From: Candidatus Thorarchaeota archaeon
GTDB lineage: Archaea; Asgardarchaeota; Thorarchaeia; Thorarchaeales; Thorarchaeaceae
Reading direction: 5' to 3'
NCBI GenBank assembly: GCA_004524445.1
Contig: SDNP01000017.1
Span: 1-64,000 of the forward strand
Length of the DNA stretch: 64,000 nucleotides
Shown: in pieces, positions 50,685-61,257 of the stretch
Position numbering within the stretch: the first letter of the stretch is position 1
Layout: the number at the start of each line of letters is the position of its first letter
Translations under genes and position numbers: made by a program
Notes under the pieces: model-generated
Told to the model about the DNA's origin: nothing
The model's database searches: none
What the model saw: the letters and a program-made list of their open reading frames with translations, nothing else

Positions 50685-51122
50685 ATGGACGGATTTATGC
50701 AGTCAGCCATAGATGAAGCAAAGAAAGGGTTGAATGAGGGAGGGATTCCGATAGGAGCTGTCTTAGTTATTGGCGACAGGATAGTTGGTAGAGGTCATAA
50801 TAAGCGCATACAAGAGGACAGTCCCATCCTTCATGCAGAAATGGACTGCCTAGAGAATGTGGGACGCTTGACGGCAGGAGAGTATCAGAAGTCCACCCTA
50901 TACACAACTCTATCGCCTTGTGACATGTGCAGCGGAGCGGTGCTCTTGTATGGGATTCCTAGGGTTGTAATAGGCGAAAATCGAACTTTCCAGGGCCCGG
51001 AAAATTATCTTAGAAGTCGCGGAGTTAGTTTGAAGGTATTTGATGATGCTGAATGTGTTGCGATGATGACCCAATTCATCAAAAAGAACCCAGACCTCTG
51101 GAATGAAGACATTGGAGAATAA
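50685..51122 (+). CDS. Cytosine deaminase, yeast FCY1-like
   Basis: HAE, PCDMC, LWNEDIGE. Confidence 0.9.
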   Translation: MDGFMQSAIDEAKKGLNEGGIPIGAVLVIGDRIVGRGHNKRIQEDSPILHAEMDCLENVGRLTAGEYQKSTLYTTLSPCDMCSGAVLLYGIPRVVIGENRTFQGPENYLRSRGVSLKVFDDAECVAMMTQFIKKNPDLWNEDIGE

Positions 51123-51160
51123 CAACCACATGAACAGGGGATTAATTGAGGTGGGCACTG

Positions 51161-52138
51161 ATGGTGAGTAGGGAGATTCGAGAGCGGGCGAAGGAGATTG
51201 CGGAGGAGTGGGGATATCTTCCATATATGTTAGAACGGTATCTCACCCTCTGGGGAGAGTCTGAAACCTTGGCATTCCTTGAAGCCTGTGAAAGTCCCAT
51301 TCCAACCGCAATAAGATTGAATCCGTTGCGGGCATCGCCGTCTGCAACAATTGAGCGCCTAAACAAAAAGAGAGTCTATCTTGAACCAATCGATTGGTTA
51401 GACCTCGGGTATATTGCAGATTTCCAAGGTTTGTCACCTGGTGCGTTGATGGAACATATGTTAGGCCATTATTATGTCCAGGGAGTTCCATCCATGACTG
51501 TAGTAGAGGTGCTTGACCCACAGCCGGGTGAAGTGATTATGGATTTAGCGTCTGCTCCAGGAGGGAAGACAACACACATCGGTCAACGGATGAACAATTC
51601 GGGCATTCTTCTGTCCATAGAGAACGACCGGAAGAGGATTCAAAGTCTTGAGAGCAACATTCAGCGTTGTGGAGTCACGAATTCAATAGTCATCAGAGCT
51701 GATGCCAAAAAATTGGACGGAATTAGTATTGAACCCGATAGAATACTACTAGATGCGCCATGCTCTGGAGAAGGCCTCATTCCAATTGATTCATCTAGAA
51801 AGACTAGCAAGTCTATGGCTGATGTTCGCTACTGCGCGACAAGAGAGGGGGATATGCTTGAGGCCGCAGTACAGAAACTGGCGGTCGGAGGGGTTCTGGT
51901 CTATGCAACCTGTTCCATAGCGCCAGAAGAAAACGAGTTTGTAGTGGACAATATCCTTCGAAACCATCCAGAAATGGAAATTGAGGAAATAAGTCAGAAC
52001 TTTGGGTCACCTGGATATTCACAGCCTTATGGCGTAAGACTGGATGAGTCACTGGAAAAAACAAAACGGTTTTTGCCTCATAAGGATGGCACGGAGGGGT
52101 TTTTCATTTGCAGGATGATAAAGGGTGGTGCCCAGTAA
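51161..52138 (+). CDS. NOL1/NOP2/RsmB RNA m5C methyltransferase
   Basis: DLASAPGGKT, LDAPCSGEG, YATCSIAPEENE. Confidence 0.95.
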   Translation: MVSREIRERAKEIAEEWGYLPYMLERYLTLWGESETLAFLEACESPIPTAIRLNPLRASPSATIERLNKKRVYLEPIDWLDLGYIADFQGLSPGALMEHMLGHYYVQGVPSMTVVEVLDPQPGEVIMDLASAPGGKTTHIGQRMNNSGILLSIENDRKRIQSLESNIQRCGVTNSIVIRADAKKLDGISIEPDRILLDAPCSGEGLIPIDSSRKTSKSMADVRYCATREGDMLEAAVQKLAVGGVLVYATCSIAPEENEFVVDNILRNHPEMEIEEISQNFGSPGYSQPYGVRLDESLEKTKRFLPHKDGTEGFFICRMIKGGAQ

Positions 52139-52681
52139 ATGGGAGTAGAACTAGTTGAAACTACATACTGGAGCAAAATTGCTTTCGAAATCAATAGGGA
52201 TTTTGGAGATGGGATCACAAACAAGCTGATAGCAGATTACTTGCCAGTAAAAATCGAAGACGTAGAGCCAGTATCTATCTACCTAGTTCCGAGGAACTGG
52301 AGTGGAATAATTGAGGACAAAATCTCTAATCTTGATATCTATTCGCTTGGACTGTGGTTTGGCGATGTATACCAGAATAGATTCAGGCTTAGTTTGCCGA
52401 TTCTCAATCCGCTGGCAAAGCTAACGTCAAATATAATCCATGTTAAACAAATTGCGGCAGAATCCTTTACCTATGGTAGAAGCATCCTCAAAGAGTCCGT
52501 GATTGATATTGATGAGTCATTGAAAAGACATCAGCGAGTGATAGTTCTGAATGAGAAGGACGATGTCTTAGGTCTTGCCGAGTTGGTTACTGATGCAATA
52601 CGAGTGTCCGATATGAAGGATGATGACCTAATAGCCAAGAACCTCATTGATATCGGTTGGTATATCCGGAAGTTAGGATAG
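52139..52681 (+). CDS. Nip7-like PUA-domain protein
   Basis: FTYGRSIL, DIGWYIR; adjacent to the Nop2-like gene. Confidence 0.8.
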   Translation: MGVELVETTYWSKIAFEINRDFGDGITNKLIADYLPVKIEDVEPVSIYLVPRNWSGIIEDKISNLDIYSLGLWFGDVYQNRFRLSLPILNPLAKLTSNIIHVKQIAAESFTYGRSILKESVIDIDESLKRHQRVIVLNEKDDVLGLAELVTDAIRVSDMKDDDLIAKNLIDIGWYIRKLG

Positions 52682-52694
52682 TTATTTTTCGGCA

Positions 52695-53435
52695 TCATAG
52701 GTACATTTGTGAGGGATCACTATCGGATTCGATGGACTTTCTCATCTTCTCCAAGCGCTCAATCTCTTTGCTCTCTTCGATGAGTTGATCCACATTGGCT
52801 GAAACACCAAAAACATCATTGATTTTCTCAAGCATGCTTGCAGCAGACCGGGGATCTGGACGCCCTCTAGTGGCATAAGTAAGCAGTCCTATGGCTGGAG
52901 ATTCATTCATCTCCAAGTGTGCCAATAGCAAAGCGAGAGGTCCTGCTACAAAGAGGCCTTCTTCCAATACTGGCACATTCCACTTGTCCAGCTTCGTTCT
53001 GTATGTATTAGTGGGAACCGCACGCATATCTTCCTCGCCTTCTTTAAAGCTGGCATCGAGCCCACCTAACAAGAGAACCTCATCGAATTTTTGTTCCATA
53101 ATCCAGTTTGCTAGATGTTCAATAAATCCCCATTGTTCGGATTGATGGGGCTGAAACCGGGGAACAAAGAAAATCATATTCTTCTCTGTGTAGGAATAGA
53201 TTTCAAAGGGAAGCACCATTTTGTCATTTTCCATCGACACAAACAGCGGCAACATATCACTCTTGATGAAACCAACGCGTTCAGCTTCTAGGGTTCGTGT
53301 CAGATGAGCTGTGCTAAGGAAACCAACCTCTCCAAGCCCGTGAAATCCAGATATGAATATGGAGCCGGGTTTTACTTTAAACCCCTTTTTCAATATTATT
53401 TCGAAAGTGCTATCTTTAGTTGCTACGAAAGCCAT
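52695..53435 (-). CDS. PAC2/Pba proteasome assembly chaperone
   Basis: GFHGLGEVG, LGGLD, PDPRSAA, C-terminal HbYX (MYL). Confidence 0.85.
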   Translation of the reverse strand: MAFVATKDSTFEIILKKGFKVKPGSIFISGFHGLGEVGFLSTAHLTRTLEAERVGFIKSDMLPLFVSMENDKMVLPFEIYSYTEKNMIFFVPRFQPHQSEQWGFIEHLANWIMEQKFDEVLLLGGLDASFKEGEEDMRAVPTNTYRTKLDKWNVPVLEEGLFVAGPLALLLAHLEMNESPAIGLLTYATRGRPDPRSAASMLEKINDVFGVSANVDQLIEESKEIERLEKMRKSIESDSDPSQMYL

Positions 53436-53747
53436 GACTTTCAGTCCTCATGGAGATTGGAACTACCAAAGCCTCCAACTTCGGGTGACAATACTAGGTT
53501 CACCATCTTTTGCTTTTCAATCGGTATATGATAGAGGTATTGTTGTGGCAACAGGTCCGTTGGGAATCTTAGTACGGCCGCTGAGCAAAAAGCGAATCAA
53601 AATGTAATTAAACCTTATTAAAGGATGGCTTACATTTTTTGGCTTCCGAGTGGCGCATTATGGAGATTTATGAATATTTTTCGAGAGTTTTGACATAAAA
53701 AGGGATAATAGGAGAGAATACAATCCTCTTGAAGTGCATTTGCGCAT

Positions 53748-55979
53748 TTGAAATCAGGGAGTGGATATAATTTGAGTACTCTACGTGAACTCGAGTATGC
53801 TCAGATTTCGCCTCGTCTGTTAGAGATATTGAGGCGAGAGGGCTGGGCTAGCCTCACTGATTTCCAGAGAGCCTCTGTTCGAAAGGGCCTTTCAATTGGT
53901 AACAGCCAAATTCTTGTAACCTATGACTATGACGAGGCATATAAGATAGCAGAGGTGGGGCTTCTTCATAGAGTTGCCTCCAATTTTAGGGCAAAGGCAA
54001 TAGTTCTGACTCCAAATCCCCACCAAGCTGAGAAACGGTTCAAATCAATAAGCAAACATTGTAGGCGTTTAGGTATAGAGGCAACCATGCTAGCAAGGAG
54101 ACGCAGTGCCCTAGATTCTAAGGAGATTAATGGCAGGGTTATTGTAGCAACATATACTGCGTTGAACATCGCTCTTCGGACTCATCCAGAGATTCTTAAT
54201 GACATTCAATGCGTACTAACAGAGCGCCTTGACCTAATTGGTGAGCCTGAGTTAGGTGCACGTCTTGAAGCAATACTCGTGACGATTATGGGAAGAGGAG
54301 CAGATTTGCAGCATATAGCCATTTGTCCGCCGGTAGAGGATTTGGTGGAGCTCGTCACGTGGCTTGATGCAACTCCAATTGTAGATGAAAAGGCGGATGT
54401 CAAGAGAATATTTAGTGTCAAGGTATTTGAGAATATGAACGAGTCACTCAAGGATTTGACTCAATTCGTACACCGACGCGGGGGGCAAATCATGATTATG
54501 ACCCCGAATCGGGATATGGCAAACCACTTAGCATTAGGTTTGGCTGGAGTCGGTAAGAGTAATGGTGTGAGGCTCGAGCTACCTTTAACACTTGGACATA
54601 GAGAAGAACTCAGAGAACTCTCCGAAGAGATTACTGACCATTATAAGAATTGCAGGATGACCAAGAATCTTGGGCGGACAATTTCCAGGGGTATAGCATT
54701 CTTCCATCAGGGCGTTTCTAGAATACAGAGGCGTGCTATATCTAAGGCATGGGAGGACAGGCTTCTACCTGTTTTGGTCATGCCCTCGAAATTTGCAATA
54801 GCTAGCGGACTAAGAGCCACAGTAGTATTTCTACTGGGTGTTTTCATGCAGGAAAAAGAAACAGAACCGCTCACACAGGGCCTCACAATGTTATCTGAAT
54901 GGCAATTGGATAAAATACTCCAATCTGCAGGAAGACGGAATCTGGATAATGAAGCATTTGGAGTTGTTGTGCTTGACTCGGAAACAGAAAAGACACGTGT
55001 GATTAATAGATACTTCATAACAGACCCCAAGGGGGATATCGCTCCAAGAGCTGGAGAGGTAGATAGCATGCTCGATGAAAGTGAGAACATGCAAGATCTC
55101 ATTCTCGCAGAGTTATGTACCAGTCGGGGGAACAAAGCTGACCCCTTTAGTATCCTAGACCGAACGTTCTGGGCACATAGTAACAAGACGGCTGCAAAGC
55201 TCACTGGGAAAGGATACATTGAGTCTGAAGCATCAGTTGATACCCTTCTTGCTCTACGGTCAACAAAAATAGCTCGTGAGAGAGCAGAGAAGATTCCAGA
55301 TAAGAGCGTGAGGATTGTCAGTACTCGTCCAAACAAAATTGAAGGACTAGTGCATAGTCAATCGAGAGATTTGTGGCATCATGTTTTGCTCAGAGCAGCA
55401 GAGGGCATTTCCTGTACATGCGAAGCGTGGAAATACCAAGGGGCAAAAAGGCACAGGCTCTGCAAACATATTGTGAAGTTCATCAGGACCGCCGTAAAAA
55501 CAGAGGCATCCACCTACGCCACCGCTGTGGTACAGCAGGCCCTAACAGGACTAGAAGTTATAGATGACCTTGAATCAGTAGATCTCATCAGGAGGGCAAA
55601 AGATGGTCTTGAATGCACCAGTCTCGGAGAGAACGTTGCAATTCTAGGCGTCCCAGTAGAAGACGCAAAACTGGTCACAAAAGCCGTTGCGAGGAAACGT
55701 GTGAATTTAACTGATCTGTTGGAACGGGTTGTTGTGGACCGCACGGGGGCACCAAGAGAATTGGTAAGAAGAGTGATTGTTTCAGCTGAAGATGATCACG
55801 ACAGGGGTATCCCTTATTGTGAGGATGATTCACCGGGGATATTGGAGAATGTCATTGAGGAGCTTAATTACGTTAATTCCATTATTCTGGGACTAACCAG
55901 CAGAGAGAGAAGACAACTCAGGCAAAGGATAAAGTCACTGGGAGATGGATTTGGGCGTTTACTCGGCCATTTCAGTTAA
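53748..55979 (+). CDS. Inactive Ski2/Hel308-like helicase with SWIM zinc finger
   Basis: LTDFQ, RGIAFFHQG, QSAGRR retained; Walker A/B degenerate; CTC..CKH. Confidence 0.75.
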   Translation: MKSGSGYNLSTLRELEYAQISPRLLEILRREGWASLTDFQRASVRKGLSIGNSQILVTYDYDEAYKIAEVGLLHRVASNFRAKAIVLTPNPHQAEKRFKSISKHCRRLGIEATMLARRRSALDSKEINGRVIVATYTALNIALRTHPEILNDIQCVLTERLDLIGEPELGARLEAILVTIMGRGADLQHIAICPPVEDLVELVTWLDATPIVDEKADVKRIFSVKVFENMNESLKDLTQFVHRRGGQIMIMTPNRDMANHLALGLAGVGKSNGVRLELPLTLGHREELRELSEEITDHYKNCRMTKNLGRTISRGIAFFHQGVSRIQRRAISKAWEDRLLPVLVMPSKFAIASGLRATVVFLLGVFMQEKETEPLTQGLTMLSEWQLDKILQSAGRRNLDNEAFGVVVLDSETEKTRVINRYFITDPKGDIAPRAGEVDSMLDESENMQDLILAELCTSRGNKADPFSILDRTFWAHSNKTAAKLTGKGYIESEASVDTLLALRSTKIARERAEKIPDKSVRIVSTRPNKIEGLVHSQSRDLWHHVLLRAAEGISCTCEAWKYQGAKRHRLCKHIVKFIRTAVKTEASTYATAVVQQALTGLEVIDDLESVDLIRRAKDGLECTSLGENVAILGVPVEDAKLVTKAVARKRVNLTDLLERVVVDRTGAPRELVRRVIVSAEDDHDRGIPYCEDDSPGILENVIEELNYVNSIILGLTSRERRQLRQRIKSLGDGFGRLLGHFS

Positions 55980-56063
55980 ACTTTTTATGTGGCAGGTCGC
56001 GAAGGCGGCTTAACCCGGGGGACAAAATACTCAACCCCCATTCTCCAAGAAGGAATGAAAGCA

Positions 56064-57209
56064 ATGAAGCTATTCGAGCATGAAGCAAAGGATATCTTCC
56101 GGTCTTTTAAGATGCCAACTCCTGCTGGGGGTGTAGCGAACACGCCCGCGGAAGCCAAAAAGGTTGCCAGTGAGATTGGAAAACCTGTAGTCGTGAAAGC
56201 ACAGGTACTCTCAGGCAAAAGAGGAAAGGCTGGAGGTATCAAATTTGCCGATACACCTGACGAAGCTGCGAAGTACGCTCAAGAGATTCTTGAGATGAGA
56301 ATTAACGATTTGCCTGTTGAAGCTATTTTAATCGAAGAGAAACTCGACATTGAACAGGAAATCTATGCAGGGATTACTATTGACAGAAATGAACGAAAAT
56401 ATGTTGTAATCGGTAGCTCTGCAGGTGGGATGTCGATTGAAGAGCTCGCAGAGGAGAGTCCTGAAAAAATTGTTAAAAAGCATATTGACCCCTTAATGGG
56501 ATTTCAGCCCTACGAAGCTCAACAGATGGCTATAGATATGGGATTCTCAGGAAAACAGATTATCAAGCTGGCTGGATTTTTCCGGTCTTTGTGGAACATA
56601 GTGCAGGAATACGATGTAGAATTGACTGAAATTAATCCACTCATACTTACAACCGATGGAGAGTTTCTTGCTGCAGATGCAAGGCTGAACATAGATGATA
56701 ATGCACTCTATCGTCATCGCGAATTGATTGATGAGCTGGACAGGAAGGCAGCTGAACAGAATGAACGGGAAAGGATGGCCTCACAGGAAGGAATGGCATA
56801 TGTAGAACTCGAGGGCAACATTGCTTGTATCTGTAATGGGGCTGGCCTCACTATGGCAACTCTTGACGCCGTAGCTCTCCATGGAGGAGATGCCAGTACC
56901 TTCCTAGACTTGGGAGGAGGAGCCGATGCCGAGAGAGTCGAGAGAGGCATTGAGATTGCGTTGATGTATGACAAAGTGGAAGCGATCCTAGTTAATATCA
57001 TGGCGGGGATTACCCGCTGCGATGAGGTTGCAAAAGGAATTGTTGCTGCAAGAGAGGAGAGAGGAATAAAAGTGCCCTTGGTAATCAGGATGGTAGGAAC
57101 AAATGAGGATGAGGGGCAAAAAATCCTAAATGAAGCTGGAATTCCCTTCCTGCAAACCATGGAGGAGGCAGCTGCGAAGGTAGTTGAGTTAGCGAAGGAG
57201 GAAAACTAA
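56064..57209 (+). CDS. sucC: Succinyl-CoA synthetase beta subunit
   Basis: MKLFEHEAK, VKAQV..GKRGKAGG, NGAGLTMATLD. Confidence 0.95.
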   Translation: MKLFEHEAKDIFRSFKMPTPAGGVANTPAEAKKVASEIGKPVVVKAQVLSGKRGKAGGIKFADTPDEAAKYAQEILEMRINDLPVEAILIEEKLDIEQEIYAGITIDRNERKYVVIGSSAGGMSIEELAEESPEKIVKKHIDPLMGFQPYEAQQMAIDMGFSGKQIIKLAGFFRSLWNIVQEYDVELTEINPLILTTDGEFLAADARLNIDDNALYRHRELIDELDRKAAEQNERERMASQEGMAYVELEGNIACICNGAGLTMATLDAVALHGGDASTFLDLGGGADAERVERGIEIALMYDKVEAILVNIMAGITRCDEVAKGIVAAREERGIKVPLVIRMVGTNEDEGQKILNEAGIPFLQTMEEAAAKVVELAKEEN

Positions 57210-58079
57210 ATGGCAGTACTTGTCAACAGAGACACACGAGTCCTCATACAAGGAATAACCGGTTCTCAAGGGGCATTCCATAGTGGTGCAATGCTAGAAT
57301 ACGGAACAAGAGTCGTTGCTGGTGTGACGCCCGGAAAAGCTGGACAAAAAGTTCATGGAATACCGGTCTATGACAGTGTAAAACAGGCGAAAGAGGAACA
57401 TGATGTGAATGCCTCGGTAATCTTTGTTCCTGCTCGTTTTGCAGCTGATGCTGCACTAGAAGCCATTGCAGCTGAATTAGACCCGGTGGTGGTAATCACT
57501 GAGCATGTTCCAGTCAAAGATGAAATCAAAGTAATTCATGCCGCCAAGAGAAAAGGGGTTACTGTTATCGGCCCCAACACACCCGGCATTATCACGCCCG
57601 GAGCAAAACAGAAGCTAGGGATAATGCCAGGCCACGTCTTCTCACATGGGGAGGTTGGCCTTATGTCACGCAGTGGGACTCTCACCTACGAAATCGCCGC
57701 GGGTATGACAAACGAGAATCTGGGGATCTCAACGGCTATTGGTCTCGGGGGAGACCCATGTGTTGGTTTAACACCCATTGAAGCTGTGAAACTCTTTCAG
57801 AAGGATAAAGACACGAAGGCACTGGTCTTAGTGGGAGAAATTGGCGGTGATGCTGAGGAGAGAGCTGCTGCCTATATCAAGGAACACTACGATAGGCCTG
57901 TTGTAGGTTTTATAGCAGGTAGAACTGCTCCGCCAGGAAAACGTATGGGTCATGCAGGAGCCATTATCAGCGGTAGTACCGGTACTGCAGCGAGCAAGAT
58001 TCAGGCTCTCAATAAAGCAGGTGTTGAAGTCGCTAAGAAACCCAGTGACATCGCCCGACTCTTAGATGAGATGATCTAG
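57210..58079 (+). CDS. sucD: Succinyl-CoA synthetase alpha subunit
   Basis: QGITGSQG, SRSGTLTYE, RMGHAGA. Confidence 0.95.
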   Translation: MAVLVNRDTRVLIQGITGSQGAFHSGAMLEYGTRVVAGVTPGKAGQKVHGIPVYDSVKQAKEEHDVNASVIFVPARFAADAALEAIAAELDPVVVITEHVPVKDEIKVIHAAKRKGVTVIGPNTPGIITPGAKQKLGIMPGHVFSHGEVGLMSRSGTLTYEIAAGMTNENLGISTAIGLGGDPCVGLTPIEAVKLFQKDKDTKALVLVGEIGGDAEERAAAYIKEHYDRPVVGFIAGRTAPPGKRMGHAGAIISGSTGTAASKIQALNKAGVEVAKKPSDIARLLDEMI

Positions 58080-58260
58080 AATAAGAGGTCATGGTGACGC
58101 TGGCAGGGGACGGGTGGAACACAGAAGCCTCAGACACGTTGAGTTCACTCAATATGTCAGAAATAGTTCTTAGAGGAATAGGTTTAAATTCTCAGTGTCT
58201 GGGTTGGCCTGAGCGGGCTGACTACTACAGAGTCATCACGCTTACAAAGAGGTCATACTA

Positions 58261-58419
58261 ATGCCAGTTTCCGATATTGAGAAGCGAAGACTTGCACAGC
58301 ACTATTTGCTCTACAAATCAGTCTGTCGAGACTGCGGAGCTACAAATCCCATTAAAGCGAAAAAGTGTCGCAAGTGCAAAGGTAAGGACCTCCGGCCGAA
58401 GAGACGAAAGAGGCAGTAA
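58261..58419 (+). CDS. rpl40e: Ribosomal protein eL40 (not in the ORF track)
   Basis: [27 protein letters not shown]; SD GAGGT. Confidence 0.95.
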   Translation: MPVSDIEKRRLAQHYLLYKSVCRDCGATNPIKAKKCRKCKGKDLRPKRRKRQ

Positions 58420-58443
58420 AATACAGTATAGCCAATAGAGTCT

Positions 58444-58550
58444 GGGCCGGTGGTCTAGTTGGCTATGTTCTGGCCGGATTTACCGGTCAGTTAGAAAACG
58501 TCGCCTTCACACGGCGAAGGTCGGGCGTTCAAATCGCCCCCGGCCCACCA
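58444..58550 (+). tRNA. tRNA-Val(CAC) with 30-nt D-arm intron (58468-58497) and encoded CCA
   Basis: GGGCCGG/CCGGCCC acceptor stem, TCGCC-TTCACAC-GGCGA, GGGCG-TTCAAAT-CGCCC. Confidence 0.9.
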
Positions 58551-58580
58551 CAAAAACAGTAAATGAAAGGGGCTAAAATA

Positions 58581-58802
58581 ATGCCTAAACAAATCTACGA
58601 TGCAGAAAAGTTCATTGAGATGAGCGAAGACGCAACGGAATGTCGTGTTAAGAGAGGCAGCGACCAAGTAAAGCTCAAACTTCGCACTCCAAGATATCTC
58701 TATACTTTAGTAGCTAAGCCTCAGCAGGCCGAGGATATTCTTCAAAATATTAGATGTCAAGTCGTTGAGGCTCGACCTTCTGAAGAAGCTGAAGTACTTT
58801 AG
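58581..58802 (+). CDS. rpl38e: Ribosomal protein eL38
   Basis: MPKQI..VKLKLRTPRYLYTL. Confidence 0.9.
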   Translation: MPKQIYDAEKFIEMSEDATECRVKRGSDQVKLKLRTPRYLYTLVAKPQQAEDILQNIRCQVVEARPSEEAEVL

Positions 58803-60067
58803 ACTTGATACGTTTCATTTCTTTCTGGAACAGTAGCCTTACGTCCAATCTCCCGCAATTTCTGAGCAAGAGCTTCACAAGACTCGGGTTCTCCATGTAT
58901 GAGGAAGAATTCTGGATCGCCGGGTATATTTGATAACATTTCCAGCATTCCGTTTGCGTCAGAGTGGCTACTGAGATGGTGGTATCGAACCTTAGCGGTG
59001 ACTTTGTACAACCTGTTACCCACGGTGGCCATTTTCTTTGCCAGCAACTCGGCGCCAGGCGTCCCCGGTATTTGGAAGCTCACCAATACGATGGCGTTCC
59101 GCGGATCATCATGAACCTTCTTGAAGTATACATGGGAAGCGCCTCCCTTGAGCATTCCTGCAGGCGATATGATAATATTGCCGGGCGCAACGGCCGCATC
59201 TCTGTCCCTATTATTGTGAATGGTATGGGTCTTCTTCATGGCACTTTCAAAATCTCTAGGAGAACCAACATACTCAGGATGTTTGAGTAGAATTTTGTTC
59301 ACGGCCCTCGCCATGCCATCGATATGAGTTGGAAAATTATCTAGTACACCATAATTTTCCAGGATACACATAACTTCTTGACTCCGCCCCACAGCAAATG
59401 CAGGGATAAGAACAGTTCCTCCGCTTTCAGCGGTTTCAATAACGGTATCCACAAGGTCTTGCTCAATCTTCTCACGGTCAGGATTAATCCTTCGAGCATA
59501 TGTGCTCTCAGTAACTACATAATCATGTTTGGGAAGGTTGTTCCGAGCTCCAGCGCATAGTCGGGATTCGGTTGCATTGAAATCGCCTGTGAATAGAATA
59601 CGTTTGCCATTGTATCTCACTGATACCATAGAGCTACCCGGAATATGTCCAGCATTAAACAGTGTCATTTCAAAATGACGGCCGATGGGCATGGTCTCTT
59701 CATATGTCAAGGCTTGGCACTGTCTATTGACTCTGGCCAAGTCCTTTTTTGAGAAGGGTAACCTTCCCCTTGAGATTTTATACATGTCGTGAACAAGGAG
59801 AGTAACTATATCACGTGTAGCTGGGGTACAAAACAATGAGAGATGGGGATTCTTTGAGAGAATCCATGGTACTCCGCCTGAGTGATCTAAGTGTGCATGA
59901 GTGATGGCCACTCCTTGAAGATTAGAAGTATAAACCATATCTGGAAAAGTCGGTGGATTACCAAACTTCACACCATAATCAACTAGAAGGGTTTCATCTT
60001 GTTCTTCTAGAAGATAGCCGGCCTTCCCAATCTCCTTTGTGGCTCCTAAGAAGGTAATTTCTGCCAA
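58799..60067 (-). CDS. Beta-CASP MBL ribonuclease (aCPSF2-like, no KH domains)
   Basis: THAHLDHSG, AGHIPGS, TESTY, PAFAVGRSQE, SSHSD. Confidence 0.9.
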   Translation of the reverse strand: MAEITFLGATKEIGKAGYLLEEQDETLLVDYGVKFGNPPTFPDMVYTSNLQGVAITHAHLDHSGGVPWILSKNPHLSLFCTPATRDIVTLLVHDMYKISRGRLPFSKKDLARVNRQCQALTYEETMPIGRHFEMTLFNAGHIPGSSMVSVRYNGKRILFTGDFNATESRLCAGARNNLPKHDYVVTESTYARRINPDREKIEQDLVDTVIETAESGGTVLIPAFAVGRSQEVMCILENYGVLDNFPTHIDGMARAVNKILLKHPEYVGSPRDFESAMKKTHTIHNNRDRDAAVAPGNIIISPAGMLKGGASHVYFKKVHDDPRNAIVLVSFQIPGTPGAELLAKKMATVGNRLYKVTAKVRYHHLSSHSDANGMLEMLSNIPGDPEFFLIHGEPESCEALAQKLREIGRKATVPERNETYQV

Positions 60068-60287
60068 TTAGTAAACATCCAATTGAAATCGCCGCGAGCA
60101 TCAAGAAAAGTGTTGTGACCTGATACAAAAGCAAGATGTGGTTCGTATTTTGGCAAGTGGGAGCCTACATCGCTATATTCCTCATCGAAATCGGTGATAT
60201 GAATGACAGTCATATTAAACGAAATCTATATGAGTCACGCTCAACTCAATATATCGAGCTGGATTTCTCCCAGCGGAGAGAATTCAC

Positions 60288-60599
60288 GTGGCGGAGGAAC
60301 AGAATTCGGAACATTCCGAAGACAATGATATCGGTGATTCAACAGTTCTTGTGGGGTCTAAGAATGTCATGAGCTATGTATTGGCATGTGTGACTCTATT
60401 CAATAAAGGAGCCACAGAGGTCGAGATAAAGGCTCGAGGGAGATTGATTAGTAGAGCTGTTGATGTGGCAGAGATAACCCGGAACAGATTCATCCAGGAC
60501 GTCGATGTTTCGGACATCATCATTGGCACCACGACTGTAAAGACGGACAAGGGCAGCGATCTCAACGTGTCAACAATAGAAATCACGCTATCAAAATGA
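60288..60599 (+). CDS. albA: Alba DNA/RNA-binding protein
   Basis: [27 protein letters not shown]. Confidence 0.95.
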   Translation: MAEEQNSEHSEDNDIGDSTVLVGSKNVMSYVLACVTLFNKGATEVEIKARGRLISRAVDVAEITRNRFIQDVDVSDIIIGTTTVKTDKGSDLNVSTIEITLSK

Positions 60600-60671
60600 C
60601 CTTTGGTAAGTTTATTATTGCATTGCCTAAGAAGACCTATTGAGCTGTCATAGGTTTATTAGGCGAAGAAA

Positions 60672-61256
60672 ATGAAACTACCAGTCTGTGTATTTGACCT
60701 CGAAACGGATATGCTTTGTCCAAACTGCCAAGAGCGTCTTGAGAGGGGAGAAATAACCAAGTTTGAAATCGATTTTTGTAAATGGATATTAGAGAAGAGA
60801 GATATTTATCCATCTCTCGAAGAACTCGAGCTGTTAAAGGCTATACAGACAGATGACCTTCTCATTCTAGTTGTAAAGAAGGGAAAAAAGCAAGTCTTAA
60901 CATCCAATGATGATTTGATGGGTGAGATTGAAGAGAACTACGGAGAAACCTTGGTTGTAGAGGGGCCAGCCAAGCTCCATTCTACAATTCGGTCACTCAT
61001 CAAGCCAGCGGTTGAAGTTGGCGTCAACAGCCTATATTTGCCAACTGGTGTCAAAGAGAGTATAGTGATCCTTAGATCGGAGGATAAGGATAGAATTGCC
61101 TACACAAAAGAACAACTAAGAGACATTGCTACTGCCATTGTTGGGGATCCGGTGATTTTCCAGTTCCAAAGTGAGCGTGAGAAGCAGGAAGAAAGAACAG
61201 AAGACGACGATGCATATGAAGAGAAAATGATGGATTTCACAAGACGGCGCCCATGA
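60672..61256 (+). CDS. Archaeal NusA-like protein with N-terminal Zn motif
   Basis: MKLPVC..LCPNCQ..GEIT; LIKPAVEVGVN. Confidence 0.75.
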   Translation: MKLPVCVFDLETDMLCPNCQERLERGEITKFEIDFCKWILEKRDIYPSLEELELLKAIQTDDLLILVVKKGKKQVLTSNDDLMGEIEENYGETLVVEGPAKLHSTIRSLIKPAVEVGVNSLYLPTGVKESIVILRSEDKDRIAYTKEQLRDIATAIVGDPVIFQFQSEREKQEERTEDDDAYEEKMMDFTRRRP

Positions 61257-61257
61257 A

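Noticed and set aside
53436-53610. Possible ncRNA or C/D sRNA upstream of the PAC2 gene
   Set aside because: No correctly spaced box C/D pair or convincing fold
58080-58260. Hairpins between sucD and rpl40e
   Set aside because: Explained as terminator or leader structure; no RNA family recognised
1487-59560. Many antisense or alternate-frame ORFs in the track (e.g. 1487-2089, 8816-9436, 18795-19394, 54707-55336)
   Set aside because: Shadows of well-supported genes, with no motifs of their own
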